In this document: piece after piece, positions 1-8,481 of the stretch | Numbering within the stretch: the first letter of the stretch is position 1 | Layout of the letters: the number at the start of each line of letters is the position of its first letter | Source of the DNA: a virus | Lineage: Duplodnaviria > Caudoviricetes | Direction: 5' to 3' (one strand) | Length of the DNA: 64,000 nt | IMG/VR virus record: IMGVR_UViG_2599185236_000001 | Location: 1-64,000 of that record | Notes under the pieces: generated by a model | Seen by the model: only the letters and a program-made list of their open reading frames with translations | What the model was told of the DNA's origin: nothing | The model's database searches: none | Position numbers and translations under genes: made by a program

Positions 1-636
1 CTATCCATACCGCCTCAACGCCTCATCGACCTTCCCGAACAATGCCTCCGGTGCATTGTCGTTCGCGATGACAAGATCCTCATCGCCGCACCCACGCTCT
101 GATTCGTGATGCCCTGGAATGCCGCCGCGTCCTACCAGCTTGTAGATGTCGCCGCCGAGCCGTCGGATTGCCTGCGCCTCGTTCGGGAAGCGGCAGTCGT
201 CGACAACGACGCGGCCAGCCTGTGCCAGGATGTCTACAGCGCGCTCCCGCCATAGATTAATCCAGAAGCCGTCACCGATGCAGTTCCGGCCCCACTCCGT
301 ACCGAGCGTCTGCATCGCATGCCTTGGCGTCTTCCCTTGCAACAGAGTGCAGGCCTTCTCCTTGAGAGATCCTTCAATTTCCTCCTCAGTCAGGCCAATT
401 AGCCGCATCATATCCTTAAGCGGCCCGGCGAACTTCACGAGCGTGTAGCCGTGCTGCTCGACGAGGTAGCGCGTGGCCGTGGACTTGCCGCTGCCAGCCT
501 GGCCAGTGAAGGCGACGACCGGCGGGAGATTGTCGTTGGCAGGTTCGTACTTGCCGATTGCGGCGCCGAGCGCGTGCAGCTCGGTCGGAACGGCCGTGAT
601 GCAGCCGGGATCGTCGGAATGAATATCAATCAGCAT
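1..636 (-). CDS. deoxynucleoside monophosphate kinase (phage dNMP kinase family)
   Basis: P-loop AFTGQAGSGKST, KFAGPLKDM, TPRHAMQTLGTEWGR, VVVDDCRFPNEA and HESE motifs; ATG at 636 overlaps the upstream gene end. Confidence 0.88.
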   Translation of the reverse strand: MLIDIHSDDPGCITAVPTELHALGAAIGKYEPANDNLPPVVAFTGQAGSGKSTATRYLVEQHGYTLVKFAGPLKDMMRLIGLTEEEIEGSLKEKACTLLQGKTPRHAMQTLGTEWGRNCIGDGFWINLWRERAVDILAQAGRVVVDDCRFPNEAQAIRRLGGDIYKLVGRGGIPGHHESERGCGDEDLVIANDNAPEALFGKVDEALRRYG

Positions 637-847
637 TGAGCGCCTCCTCAATAATCTCTTCGTCGCAGAAGTTTTCTACGGCCAAATTTTGAAAGGTGGT
701 CGCCGGGTCCGAAACCTCTACGGCTGCGGCAAGCGCCATACGCATCCGCTCCAGGTAACGACGCCGCTCACCTCTAGGCATCGACAGCCAAGGCCGTCGG
801 TCGAACTCGGCCTCAGCCTTCGCCATAGCCAGCAAGATCTTGCTCAT
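626..847 (-). CDS. hypothetical phage protein
   Basis: 73-aa ORF with RBS, coupled to the kinase. Confidence 0.55.
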   Translation of the reverse strand: MSKILLAMAKAEAEFDRRPWLSMPRGERRRYLERMRMALAAAVEVSDPATTFQNLAVENFCDEEIIEEALNAD

Positions 848-855
848 AGTGCCTC

Positions 856-1122
856 CTATAGTTTTCTCGCGGGCGTGCCGGGCTTCACCACCGGCCGGAA
901 CCGGCGGACGTTGAATGGCGGATCCTCATCGCCGAACTCAGGGCAGACGCCGCGGTTAATGCCTTCCAGCCTCACGCCGATGTAGTCGCCGTTGAGGTAG
1001 CTGGTGACCTGGCCGACCCATCGGGCCTTGTAGATCGTGCCCGCTGTGATGCCGAGGTACTGCTCGGCGTAGATGCCATCATCCACGCATACGATGTCGT
1101 CGCCGGGTTTGATGTTGGTCAT
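856..1122 (-). CDS. hypothetical phage protein (small beta-rich)
   Basis: MTNIKPGDDIVCVDD...RRFRP; tight operon packing. Confidence 0.6.
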   Translation of the reverse strand: MTNIKPGDDIVCVDDGIYAEQYLGITAGTIYKARWVGQVTSYLNGDYIGVRLEGINRGVCPEFGDEDPPFNVRRFRPVVKPGTPARKL

Positions 1123-1265
1123 GATATCCACCCGCCCTTATTCTCTTCGCACTTGGCGAACCATGTCTCCTGTACCTTTTGGGCGCGCCTTAGCTGCATC
1201 TTTCGCACGGTCTTGTCGAAGCCAAAGAGGAATAGAACCCATTCCCACTGAGTGAAATTGCTCAC
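1119..1265 (-). CDS. small hypothetical protein
   Basis: GTGA and ATGA overlaps with both neighbours; 48 aa. Confidence 0.4.
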   Translation of the reverse strand: MSNFTQWEWVLFLFGFDKTVRKMQLRRAQKVQETWFAKCEENKGGWIS

Positions 1266-1837
1266 GACGCCCTCCCCAGCTTCGGCTCCTCGACGCCAAG
1301 TTCGGGCGGCTCGACGTAGACGATCGGCTTGCCAGCATTCAGAAAGCTTTCGAACTCGTACTTGAGGCCGACCGAATCCCACCAACCTCGCATCTCTAGA
1401 ACGATGAGCGAGGACGCAGCGTCGATCAGAGGCTGGTCCTGATCCTTCCAGAAGTCCCACGTGCGCGGCAGCTCCTGATAGCGGGTTACGGCATGGCCGT
1501 GGGCAATCGGGCAGTAGATCCGCATGCCTCGCGCCATGAGCTTGCCGGCGCACTCTGTGACGACACGCGCCGCCTCATCCATTCCTGCGTCGTACTTGGC
1601 ATATGGAGAGCCGAGATAGATGAAGCCTTGCAGCTTCGCCAGATCGTCCAGCGTGTGCAGCGGCTCGGTCTCCCTGTCACGTGCCGCCAGTTCCTTGGCG
1701 CTATACAGGTAGGGCTTGCCGCTGCCTGTAAGCCCACGGATGCTGGCCGGCACGTTGTCATTCGCGGCAACGTACTTGTCGAGCGGGCCGAATGTGGTTG
1801 TTACCAGATCTGCGGAAACGGTATAACCGGGCATCAT
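1262..1837 (-). CDS. DUF1937-like / nucleoside deoxyribosyltransferase-like protein
   Basis: FIYLGSPY, YCPIAHGH, W-x-Q-D-x-LIDAAS, GW-x-SVGLKYE, GKPIVY motifs. Confidence 0.75.
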   Translation of the reverse strand: MMPGYTVSADLVTTTFGPLDKYVAANDNVPASIRGLTGSGKPYLYSAKELAARDRETEPLHTLDDLAKLQGFIYLGSPYAKYDAGMDEAARVVTECAGKLMARGMRIYCPIAHGHAVTRYQELPRTWDFWKDQDQPLIDAASSLIVLEMRGWWDSVGLKYEFESFLNAGKPIVYVEPPELGVEEPKLGRAS

Positions 1838-2058
1838 GCGGCCTCCTTCTCGGCGATGATCTCAGCGCCGAGGATCACCATGCGGCGGCCTAGCTCGACG
1901 AGAGCGCGGCTGGCGCCGAGCAACTCGTGGTGCCGCTTGGTGGGTCGACCGAAGAAGGAGGCGGGCAAGCGCTCATGCTCCGATGCGATCTCCTCATGAT
2001 ATGCGTGCAGCAGTTTGTGCGCCTCTAGCAGGCCTTTATGCTTTGCAGCCTTGCTCAT
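1834..2058 (-). CDS. hypothetical phage protein
   Basis: ATGA-coupled 74-aa ORF. Confidence 0.55.
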   Translation of the reverse strand: MSKAAKHKGLLEAHKLLHAYHEEIASEHERLPASFFGRPTKRHHELLGASRALVELGRRMVILGAEIIAEKEAA

Positions 2059-2462
2059 GCGGCCTCCCGCTGATCCGTGATGATGTTAGACGACAGCCGC
2101 TTCATGGTCTCTACGAGCGGACTGACAAAATCCACCTCGATACCATTCTGCCGGCCGAGTTCGATCACGTCAGAAAGAGCGCCCATGAATTCCTTCATCC
2201 GGGTCTCTTCCGGCGAAGGCAACTTCGCGATGAATGCTTCCATCTTGCGCAGGACATCGGCCGGGGTTTTGCCTTTTATCCACTCGTATTTTGAGCCATA
2301 GGAAGTCTTCTTGTCGTCCCAGCTGAGATAGGCTTGCAGTTCTTCATTGGCGACGATGTTGAATTTCGCCACAGGATTGCGCAGGCCCTTCGCCGACATA
2401 GCGGCCGGCATTGCGTCGACGCGCTTCTGCACGTCATTGATGGTTGCTGGCTTGCTCATCAA
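2055..2462 (-). CDS. hypothetical phage protein
   Basis: coupled 135-aa ORF. Confidence 0.6.
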   Translation of the reverse strand: MMSKPATINDVQKRVDAMPAAMSAKGLRNPVAKFNIVANEELQAYLSWDDKKTSYGSKYEWIKGKTPADVLRKMEAFIAKLPSPEETRMKEFMGALSDVIELGRQNGIEVDFVSPLVETMKRLSSNIITDQREAA

Positions 2463-2926
2463 AACGCCTTCCCGCCAGCCTTGAGCCGGTTCTCGATCTT
2501 GTGGTCTTCGCGGTTGTCGTTGTAGGCCATCTTCTCGATGATCGCCCCGCCCAGGTCGTAGCCCATGAACGTTGCCAGGTCGCCGATGCGGATCATGGCG
2601 TCGGCAAGCTCGACCTCCATCATCTTCCGATGCGGCAGCTTGTCGTCGTCCATCTTCTTGCGAAAGCCTTCCATCGCCTCGCTGACCTCGGAGACGATGA
2701 GCATCAGCATCTCCGGCACGTTGCGATCCAGCGCTTTGCCGGTGGCAAGGTCTGTGTACCAGCCTGCCTTGCGGCTGCGGGCGTGGCAGTCGGCCGCAAA
2801 GATGTTGATAGCGGCGGCGTGGGTGTAGGCGGGTGCTGCGGATTGGGTGTTGTCGTTGGCTGCCTTTGTCAGGCGGTCACGTTCATAGGCTTGGTATTCT
2901 CTGTCCGTCTTAGCGTCAGGTATCAT
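2459..2926 (-). CDS. MazG-like / all-alpha NTP pyrophosphohydrolase
   Basis: LMLIVSEVSEAMEGFRK...EVELADAMIRIGDLA (ExxE...ELAD). Confidence 0.82.
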   Translation of the reverse strand: MIPDAKTDREYQAYERDRLTKAANDNTQSAAPAYTHAAAINIFAADCHARSRKAGWYTDLATGKALDRNVPEMLMLIVSEVSEAMEGFRKKMDDDKLPHRKMMEVELADAMIRIGDLATFMGYDLGGAIIEKMAYNDNREDHKIENRLKAGGKAF

Positions 2927-2983
2927 TCAAGTCTCCTCTGTGGTGGTAGTTGCCGCCGGATGGTGAGGCCGACGGCTTGGTGG

Positions 2984-3148
2984 TTAGATTGTGGTGAGTT
3001 TTTCGAGGAGCGCCTCGAACTCGGTCAAGTGAGCGTCTCGCGCCTTCATCTTCCCGTCGGCAACTTCTTGCGCGTTCCGGTCGAACTTCCTACTCACCAT
3101 CCAGGCGAGTGTTTCCATCTCCCAATCGCTGAGCTCGACGGTCTTCAT
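2984..3148 (-). CDS. small hypothetical protein
   Basis: ATGA overlap with upstream stop, RBS GAAGGAAG; 54 aa. Confidence 0.5.
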   Translation of the reverse strand: MKTVELSDWEMETLAWMVSRKFDRNAQEVADGKMKARDAHLTEFEALLEKLTTI

Positions 3149-4407
3149 GCCGCTTCCTTCACGGGCGCATTGTCGTTGGCCGCCGCATAGCGCCCTGCAA
3201 CCATCTCCGGCGTCATCACGCTCCGGCCGACTTCGCCAGCCTGCTTGTGGTAGAAGATGACCTTGGCGGATCGACCTGAGAGCCATCCGCCATTCGCTGC
3301 GTATGCGTCAGGCGCGGCGAGCGTCTCGTGTTGCTCCACCTTCATAAGGTTGGTGGTCTTCAATTCGTCGGAATGCCGATGACCAACGTGGGCGTAGCTG
3401 AAGCGCGTTCGGCCGTACGCCTCGCGGAATTTGCCGACGAAGACCGAATCGACGTTGCCAGTGCCACGGCGATGTCCGTGGTGGTAGAAGAGCGTGACTG
3501 CGCCATGCTCGATCATCGAGTAGGTGCCCGGGCTGGTGTCAACGCTGATGCGAGGCTCGTCCTCATAGAACGCCGACAGCATCTCTCGCAGCCAGACCTC
3601 GCTTGAGGGGTCGTGGTTCGCATCCGCCATGATTATGTCGACCTGCTCGTGCTTCAAAAGCAGCATGCCGATGACGCGCCGGACAATCCGGATTGCGGCG
3701 CGGACCATCTTGGGATAGCGCGTATCGCCGTCGAGTAGGTGACCGTGCTCCGGCGTGACACTCTTGAATGAGTCGTAATGTAAAAAATCTCCGAGCTGCG
3801 CGAACACGGCGCGGCGAGCAGGCGGCGCTACTGAGATGGCAGACGCAAACCAATCCATGACGAGCTTTTCACCGATCGACAGGTCGTAGTCTCCTGCCCC
3901 GGTCTCTTCGTTCCAGGCAAGTGCGCCTAGGTGAGCGTCGGTAATGGTGTACTGGCAGAGCAGATCTTCCTCAAAGTAGATGGGTGCCGCCACCGGCTCG
4001 GCGCGAGGTATCTCCTCTTTGAACGCCTCGACCGCCGCGTGCATGGCGGAAAGCTGAGCGGCCGAATCCGTCGCAGTCTTGATCCACTTCGCGACTTCCC
4101 TGCCCTGCCCGTCAACGAGGGCCGAGACGCCTTTGATGAACTGGCCTTGCGGTAGCTCGAAAACCTCGCCCGGTGCCTTCGTCTGCTTAATCCAGGCGTC
4201 GCCCTGCTTGCTGGCGATCGACTTGATAGCGAAGCCCGGCAGGACCGGATCCGTACCGAGCTGGCCGCGCTCGGCTGCACGATGGATGTACTTGTGGGCC
4301 GTCCCGTAGCCGACCCCCATAAGCTTGGCGACGGCACGGATGCTGTTGTGCTCGGCGTAAAGTCTGCCGGCCTGTTCGATGTTCTCGGGTGGGATGGGAT
4401 GGCTCAA
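3145..4407 (-). CDS. calcineurin-like metallophosphoesterase with N-terminal HTH
   Basis: TDAHLG, LGDFLHYD, ANHD, HHGH, GHRH motifs; N-terminal SIRAVAKLMGVGYGTAHKY helix-turn-helix; TTG start overlaps upstream stop. Confidence 0.78.
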   Translation of the reverse strand: MSHPIPPENIEQAGRLYAEHNSIRAVAKLMGVGYGTAHKYIHRAAERGQLGTDPVLPGFAIKSIASKQGDAWIKQTKAPGEVFELPQGQFIKGVSALVDGQGREVAKWIKTATDSAAQLSAMHAAVEAFKEEIPRAEPVAAPIYFEEDLLCQYTITDAHLGALAWNEETGAGDYDLSIGEKLVMDWFASAISVAPPARRAVFAQLGDFLHYDSFKSVTPEHGHLLDGDTRYPKMVRAAIRIVRRVIGMLLLKHEQVDIIMADANHDPSSEVWLREMLSAFYEDEPRISVDTSPGTYSMIEHGAVTLFYHHGHRRGTGNVDSVFVGKFREAYGRTRFSYAHVGHRHSDELKTTNLMKVEQHETLAAPDAYAANGGWLSGRSAKVIFYHKQAGEVGRSVMTPEMVAGRYAAANDNAPVKEAA

Positions 4408-4709
4408 GTGGTGGCCTCCTTGAGGGCGGCGTCGATGAGGCCAGACCAGACGCGATTGAACTTGTCGGGATACCCGTCGACACCGAGCGTGATGTTGCCG
4501 TCGCCACAGGAGAAGTCGTCGAAGTAGACGGAAATCTCGTTGGCAGCTTCGTGCAGGGCGGTAGATGGCTCCCGCATCGCTTCGAGGGCGGCGCGGGCGT
4601 GCGGCACGTAGTGCCTCCACCATTGGAAGCTGTTGTGCGATAGTTCGTCGGGATTTTTGCCGTCCTCGGTCGCGATAGCTCGCGCCGCCCGCTCAATCAT
4701 GCTGGTCAT
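4404..4709 (-). CDS. hypothetical phage protein
   Basis: RBS AGGAGAC; MIERAARAIA...ARAALEAMREP pattern typical of small phage proteins. Confidence 0.6.
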   Translation of the reverse strand: MTSMIERAARAIATEDGKNPDELSHNSFQWWRHYVPHARAALEAMREPSTALHEAANEISVYFDDFSCGDGNITLGVDGYPDKFNRVWSGLIDAALKEATT

Positions 4710-4761
4710 TAAGTCTCCTATGGTGATGGTGATTGGTGGCCGCATTCGCGCGGCCCGGTAG

Positions 4762-5415
4762 TTAAGCAGTCCGCCCCAGTAGCGCGCACACCTCGTGCGA
4801 CGGCACGACGAAACCGAACCCGATGAGCGAGGAAGAGAAGCCAAGCGGGACACTCATGACGCCGACGGTAATTCCGATTACATTCCCGTTGGCGTCGAAC
4901 GTGCCGCCGCCACTCTGGCCCATGACAGTCGTGATGTCCGTGACGAACACGGACTTCCAGGGTCCAATCGACCGAGGCTCGCCCGCTATTTTGCCTGTTG
5001 CAGTGACGAACTCGACGGCAAGCGGATTGCCGATCGACGTGATGGCCTCGCCTTTCGCAGCGGTGCGGCAATCCAGGCTGACCGCCGGCAGCATCTCCGG
5101 CGACGTGCGCAGCAGTGCGATATCGTAGGTCTTGTTGATCCAGAGGACATCGGCCGGGCGCGTCTTGCCGTCCTTCGTTTTCAGCTCCACGGTCGCAGCA
5201 TCTCCGGCGACGTGCGCAGCAGTAACGACAAATCCATTGCCGATGTGGACGCCAGAGCCGTGGCCGTTCTTAAGGATGACTTTGACCGTCGCCGTCTCGG
5301 TGGCTGGCGCGGCCATGTAAGTTTCGACGGATGCGGCGACCGTCGGTGCGCCGAAATATGCGGCGCTTGAGAGTGCGACTGCGAGGGCTGCGTATGCGAT
5401 GCGTCTGAGATTCAT
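4762..5415 (-). CDS. trypsin-like (S1) serine protease with N-terminal signal/TM segment
   Basis: GSGV, VTAAHV, DIALL and GQSGG catalytic triad motifs; hydrophobic N-terminus. Confidence 0.88.
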   Translation of the reverse strand: MNLRRIAYAALAVALSSAAYFGAPTVAASVETYMAAPATETATVKVILKNGHGSGVHIGNGFVVTAAHVAGDAATVELKTKDGKTRPADVLWINKTYDIALLRTSPEMLPAVSLDCRTAAKGEAITSIGNPLAVEFVTATGKIAGEPRSIGPWKSVFVTDITTVMGQSGGGTFDANGNVIGITVGVMSVPLGFSSSLIGFGFVVPSHEVCALLGRTA

Positions 5416-5478
5416 AGCGACGGTCTCCTCTGTTGTGGTGATGGTGACCGGACGCTGGTGGTTACATTAGGCAGTGTC

Positions 5479-5518
5479 AAAAACAAAAAAGCGCCCTCCG
5501 CGGTTAGGCAGAGGGCGC
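5479..5518 (-). terminator. intrinsic terminator (leftward)
   Basis: minus strand GCGCCCTC(TG)-loop-(CG)GAGGGCGC followed by TTTTTTGTTTT. Confidence 0.7.
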
Positions 5519-5726
5519 GCCGGGTTGAACTGTTCGTGAGCAATTGGTAAAACAGAGGCTTGTTCTCGTGGGGACGAGCACGGCCGGAGTGTGCACGTAG
5601 TTGCTCCGGCCGTTTTTACTGGAACGTTATCCTCACACGCGCATTCTATGATAGTCACGAGGGCAATGTCCCCGTCCCCACACGCGCCCGAGTTCAACCT
5701 CCGTCGAGCTCAATTGCCCTCGTGAC
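5510..5726. ncRNA. putative structured leader / antisense-type RNA element
   Basis: 14-bp perfect inverted repeat 5654-5667/5713-5726 whose loop holds complements of three 7-9 nt segments in 5513-5576; additional 10-bp hairpin 5580-5613. Confidence 0.4.
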
Positions 5727-5779
5727 GCCCCTTCCCGAGCTGAGCATCACAGTCGCATCTTGACTCCTGCGCCAAATTA

Positions 5780-5794
5780 GAACAAAAAGAGAAC
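5780..5794 (+). promoter_or_regulatory. alphaproteobacterial LexA box
   Basis: GAAC-aaaaaga-GAAC (GAAC-N7-GAAC) just upstream of the operon ending in SRAP. Confidence 0.75.
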
Positions 5795-5813
5795 TAAATG
5801 AAGAGGTGCACCT

Positions 5814-6047
5814 ATGGCCAGCGAGAAGTTCATCGTCCTCCAATTCAAGAAGAACCGAGGCCAGATCGTGCCGGGCGAGATGAGGCAGGCCTCGAATGCG
5901 GTCTCCGCCGAGAAGATTGCTGCCGCTATGGCACCGCGCGTCATTGGCGTCGCGGCTTACTCGGTCATGGTCGACGAAGAGACCGGCGACATGGCATCGC
6001 CACGCCTGATATCGCAGCACGGCGAGACAACCGACATCGCGGCGTGA
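5814..6047 (+). CDS. small hypothetical protein (SOS operon)
   Basis: RBS GAGG, 77 aa. Confidence 0.65.
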   Translation: MASEKFIVLQFKKNRGQIVPGEMRQASNAVSAEKIAAAMAPRVIGVAAYSVMVDEETGDMASPRLISQHGETTDIAA

Positions 6048-6089
6048 GCCTGACACGATTAGAGGATGGCGGCCGAGCTACGATCGGAC

Positions 6090-6398
6090 ATGAGAAAAAA
6101 TCAAATCGCCTTCGACAACTGGTGGTCCTGCCTCGCGCCCAACGAGCAGGCAGCACTGGATAAAGTTGCAGCCCGAAAATTGTTCAACGCTGGCTTCCGC
6201 TACGGTGTAGACGCTAATAAGCGCAAATTCGTTTTTATGATCGGTCGCCGCCGTATCACCGTAACGGCATCGAGCCGCGAAGCCGCTAAAAGGAGGGCAG
6301 AACAGGCCTTTAAGAAAAGGCTGGCTGCTGCTGGCAAGCCCCTACCCGCTGTAGGTTGGACGGCGCACCTAGCGTCCGAAGAGGCGACAGCGCGATGA
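6090..6398 (+). CDS. basic hypothetical protein
   Basis: ORF coupled to next gene by ATGA overlap. Confidence 0.5.
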   Translation: MRKNQIAFDNWWSCLAPNEQAALDKVAARKLFNAGFRYGVDANKRKFVFMIGRRRITVTASSREAAKRRAEQAFKKRLAAAGKPLPAVGWTAHLASEEATAR

Positions 6399-6607
6399 CA
6401 CCGGTCACGCTCCGCGAATTCCGAGGCGAGGCCATCGAGATATCTTGCGCTCGATGCAACAAGCACGCAACCCTCGATCGCAAAGCGCTCGTAAAGAAGT
6501 TCGGGGCGAAGATGAAGTTTGTTCAGTTAAGCCGCGTGCTGTCGATCGGATGCGAGAGACACGGAACTGGCCAATGTGAAGCGAGTTTTCCCGGTCTAAT
6601 GAAGTGA
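6395..6607 (+). CDS. small zinc-ribbon protein
   Basis: CxxC ... C ... C; RBS GAGG. Confidence 0.6.
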   Translation: MTPVTLREFRGEAIEISCARCNKHATLDRKALVKKFGAKMKFVQLSRVLSIGCERHGTGQCEASFPGLMK

Positions 6608-6640
6608 AGCTCACCGTCGTCGAGAACTGATGAGGCCTTT

Positions 6641-7297
6641 GTGTGTAATCTCTACAACGTTACGACCAACCAGGAAGCCCTGCGCGCGCTGACGAAGGCG
6701 CTCCGCGACAACCTCGGCAATCTTGAGCCGACACTCGATATTTTCCCCGACAGGCCAGCGCCCGTGGTGCGCAACACCGATGACGGGCGCGAAATGACGC
6801 GCCTGACCTGGGGCATGCCGACGCCGCCGAGCATCCTTCAGGGCAAGCCTGACACGGGAGTGACAAATATCCGCAATATCGCCTCGCCGCACTGGCGCCG
6901 CTGGCTCGGCCCACAGAACCGGTGCATCGTGCCGTGGACTACATTCTGCGAATACGAGGACACCAAGCCAAAGAAGACCAAGCGCTGGTTCGCGATCAAT
7001 GAGGATCGCCCGCTTGCCTTCTTCGCTGGCATCTGGACGGGGTGGAATGGCACGCGCGGGTCGATGAAGACGCCGCGCGGGGGTGAGCACCAGTTATTCG
7101 GCTTCCTCACGTGCGACCCAAATGCCGTGGTGAAGCCGATCCATCCGAAAGCAATGCCAGTCATTCTAACGACCGAGGAAGAATTAGAGGTATGGATGAA
7201 GGCGCCTTGGGAGGAAGCGAGCAGTCTGCAACGGCCGCTGCCCGACAACGAGCTCATCCTCCTGCCCGTCGAGGAGCAGCAGGGCAGTCTTTTATGA
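6641..7297 (+). CDS. SOS response-associated peptidase (SRAP/YedK/HMCES family)
   Basis: N-terminal M-C-N-L-Y, TNIRN, RCIVP...FCEY, FAGIW, HPKAMPVIL; C-terminal QGSLL. Confidence 0.92.
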   Translation: MCNLYNVTTNQEALRALTKALRDNLGNLEPTLDIFPDRPAPVVRNTDDGREMTRLTWGMPTPPSILQGKPDTGVTNIRNIASPHWRRWLGPQNRCIVPWTTFCEYEDTKPKKTKRWFAINEDRPLAFFAGIWTGWNGTRGSMKTPRGGEHQLFGFLTCDPNAVVKPIHPKAMPVILTTEEELEVWMKAPWEEASSLQRPLPDNELILLPVEEQQGSLL

Positions 7298-7437
7298 GTG
7301 ATGAGAGCCGAACCGCGCGCCTCAATGGCGTGTGACGTGGCCCGTCGAGCTCCGACAATATCTACGATTGATTTGATTGCCTCATCGCTTTGTGACAGTT
7401 AGATGACACGAAACTTTACCAGATCTGAGGTGATCCC

Positions 7438-7722
7438 ATGCATTCATTCAATTTCGCGTCCCTATCGCTCGATGAGCTCAAGGAGGTAAAACTGGATCTG
7501 GACAAGCATATAGCTGATCAGGTCGCCGTCAAACGAGCCGCTCTCCTGAAGGAATTAAGAGAACTCGAGGAAATCGGCACTAAAAGCGAGCCACGAGCGA
7601 AAACCAGTCACAAAACCTATATTGGACCCAACGGCAAAACCTGGAAAGGCCGGGGTCCCAAGCCAGCTTGGCTTAGAGAATTCGAGGAAAAGGGCGGGAA
7701 TTTGGCCGAGCTCATAATATAG
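7438..7722 (+). CDS. H-NS-like nucleoid-associated protein
   Basis: N-terminal LSLDEL coiled coil; C-terminal Y-x-GPNGKTWKGRGPKPAWL. Confidence 0.8.
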   Translation: MHSFNFASLSLDELKEVKLDLDKHIADQVAVKRAALLKELRELEEIGTKSEPRAKTSHKTYIGPNGKTWKGRGPKPAWLREFEEKGGNLAELII

Positions 7723-8058
7723 ACGCCGCCGCTTTTGCTGGCTTCCTCAGATCTCGGCTATCGGATGCGATTAATACGAGTAAAACGTTTGCGAGACATG
7801 GGTTTCGCCAGATTGGAAGAAAGCCTGGCAATCATCCAGTATTGCGCCGAGCATCAGCCCGGACTCTGCCGTAGCTTCCTTGGGACGCTGAGGCGCGGCT
7901 GGCAGCTGCCGAGATCGCGGATATGCTGAAGTAGCACCCTGTGATTATTCGTTCGTTGTTTTTACAACACTCACCTCCATTGCATTTCGAGCTTTCCTTC
8001 CCCATACGCTATCTAAAAGCTAGCAAGTTTGGTCGCTGCGGTTTGAACGGAATTGCCC

Positions 8059-8475
8059 ATGAGTTTAGAAACATCAGCCATCAAAACCACTATCATAAAC
8101 CTCTCTCGGGCAACTGGCCCTGATCGCTCACTCGATGCAGAGATTGCAGCAATCCTGGGCTGGACATCTCAGCCCGAACAATACGAAGACAAGGAAACCG
8201 GACAGACCCTTGTCAGACACTTATGGTATAATGAGGAGCGCCAGCTCGATAAGGTTCCGCGCTTTACTTGGAACCTAGATGTGGCGATGGAGCTATTGGA
8301 CCGAATGTCTCCCGACGCAGACGGCGGGTTTGGTTGGGAGCCCGGCGCGGCGTCAGCAAGCTTCGGAGGCCGCAAAGCCACAATGGCCAGCACTCCCACG
8401 ATAGCTGTGTGCATGCAGGCCTTACTCGCTAGGCTTCGCCAGCTAGATGCTTTAGCAGCTTCCACTAACAGGTAA
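8059..8475 (+). CDS. phage ABA-sandwich/NinX-like domain protein (copy 1)
   Basis: ATGPDRSLDAEIAAILGW...VPRFT...TPTIAVCMQAL. Confidence 0.55.
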   Translation: MSLETSAIKTTIINLSRATGPDRSLDAEIAAILGWTSQPEQYEDKETGQTLVRHLWYNEERQLDKVPRFTWNLDVAMELLDRMSPDADGGFGWEPGAASASFGGRKATMASTPTIAVCMQALLARLRQLDALAASTNR

Positions 8476-8481
8476 TATGAA

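Noticed and set aside
5480-5730. tmRNA, retron msr-msd or 6S RNA as identity of the structured region
   Set aside because: No tRNA-like acceptor or CCA, no tag reading frame, and no reverse transcriptase in the window. Kept only as an unassigned structured element.
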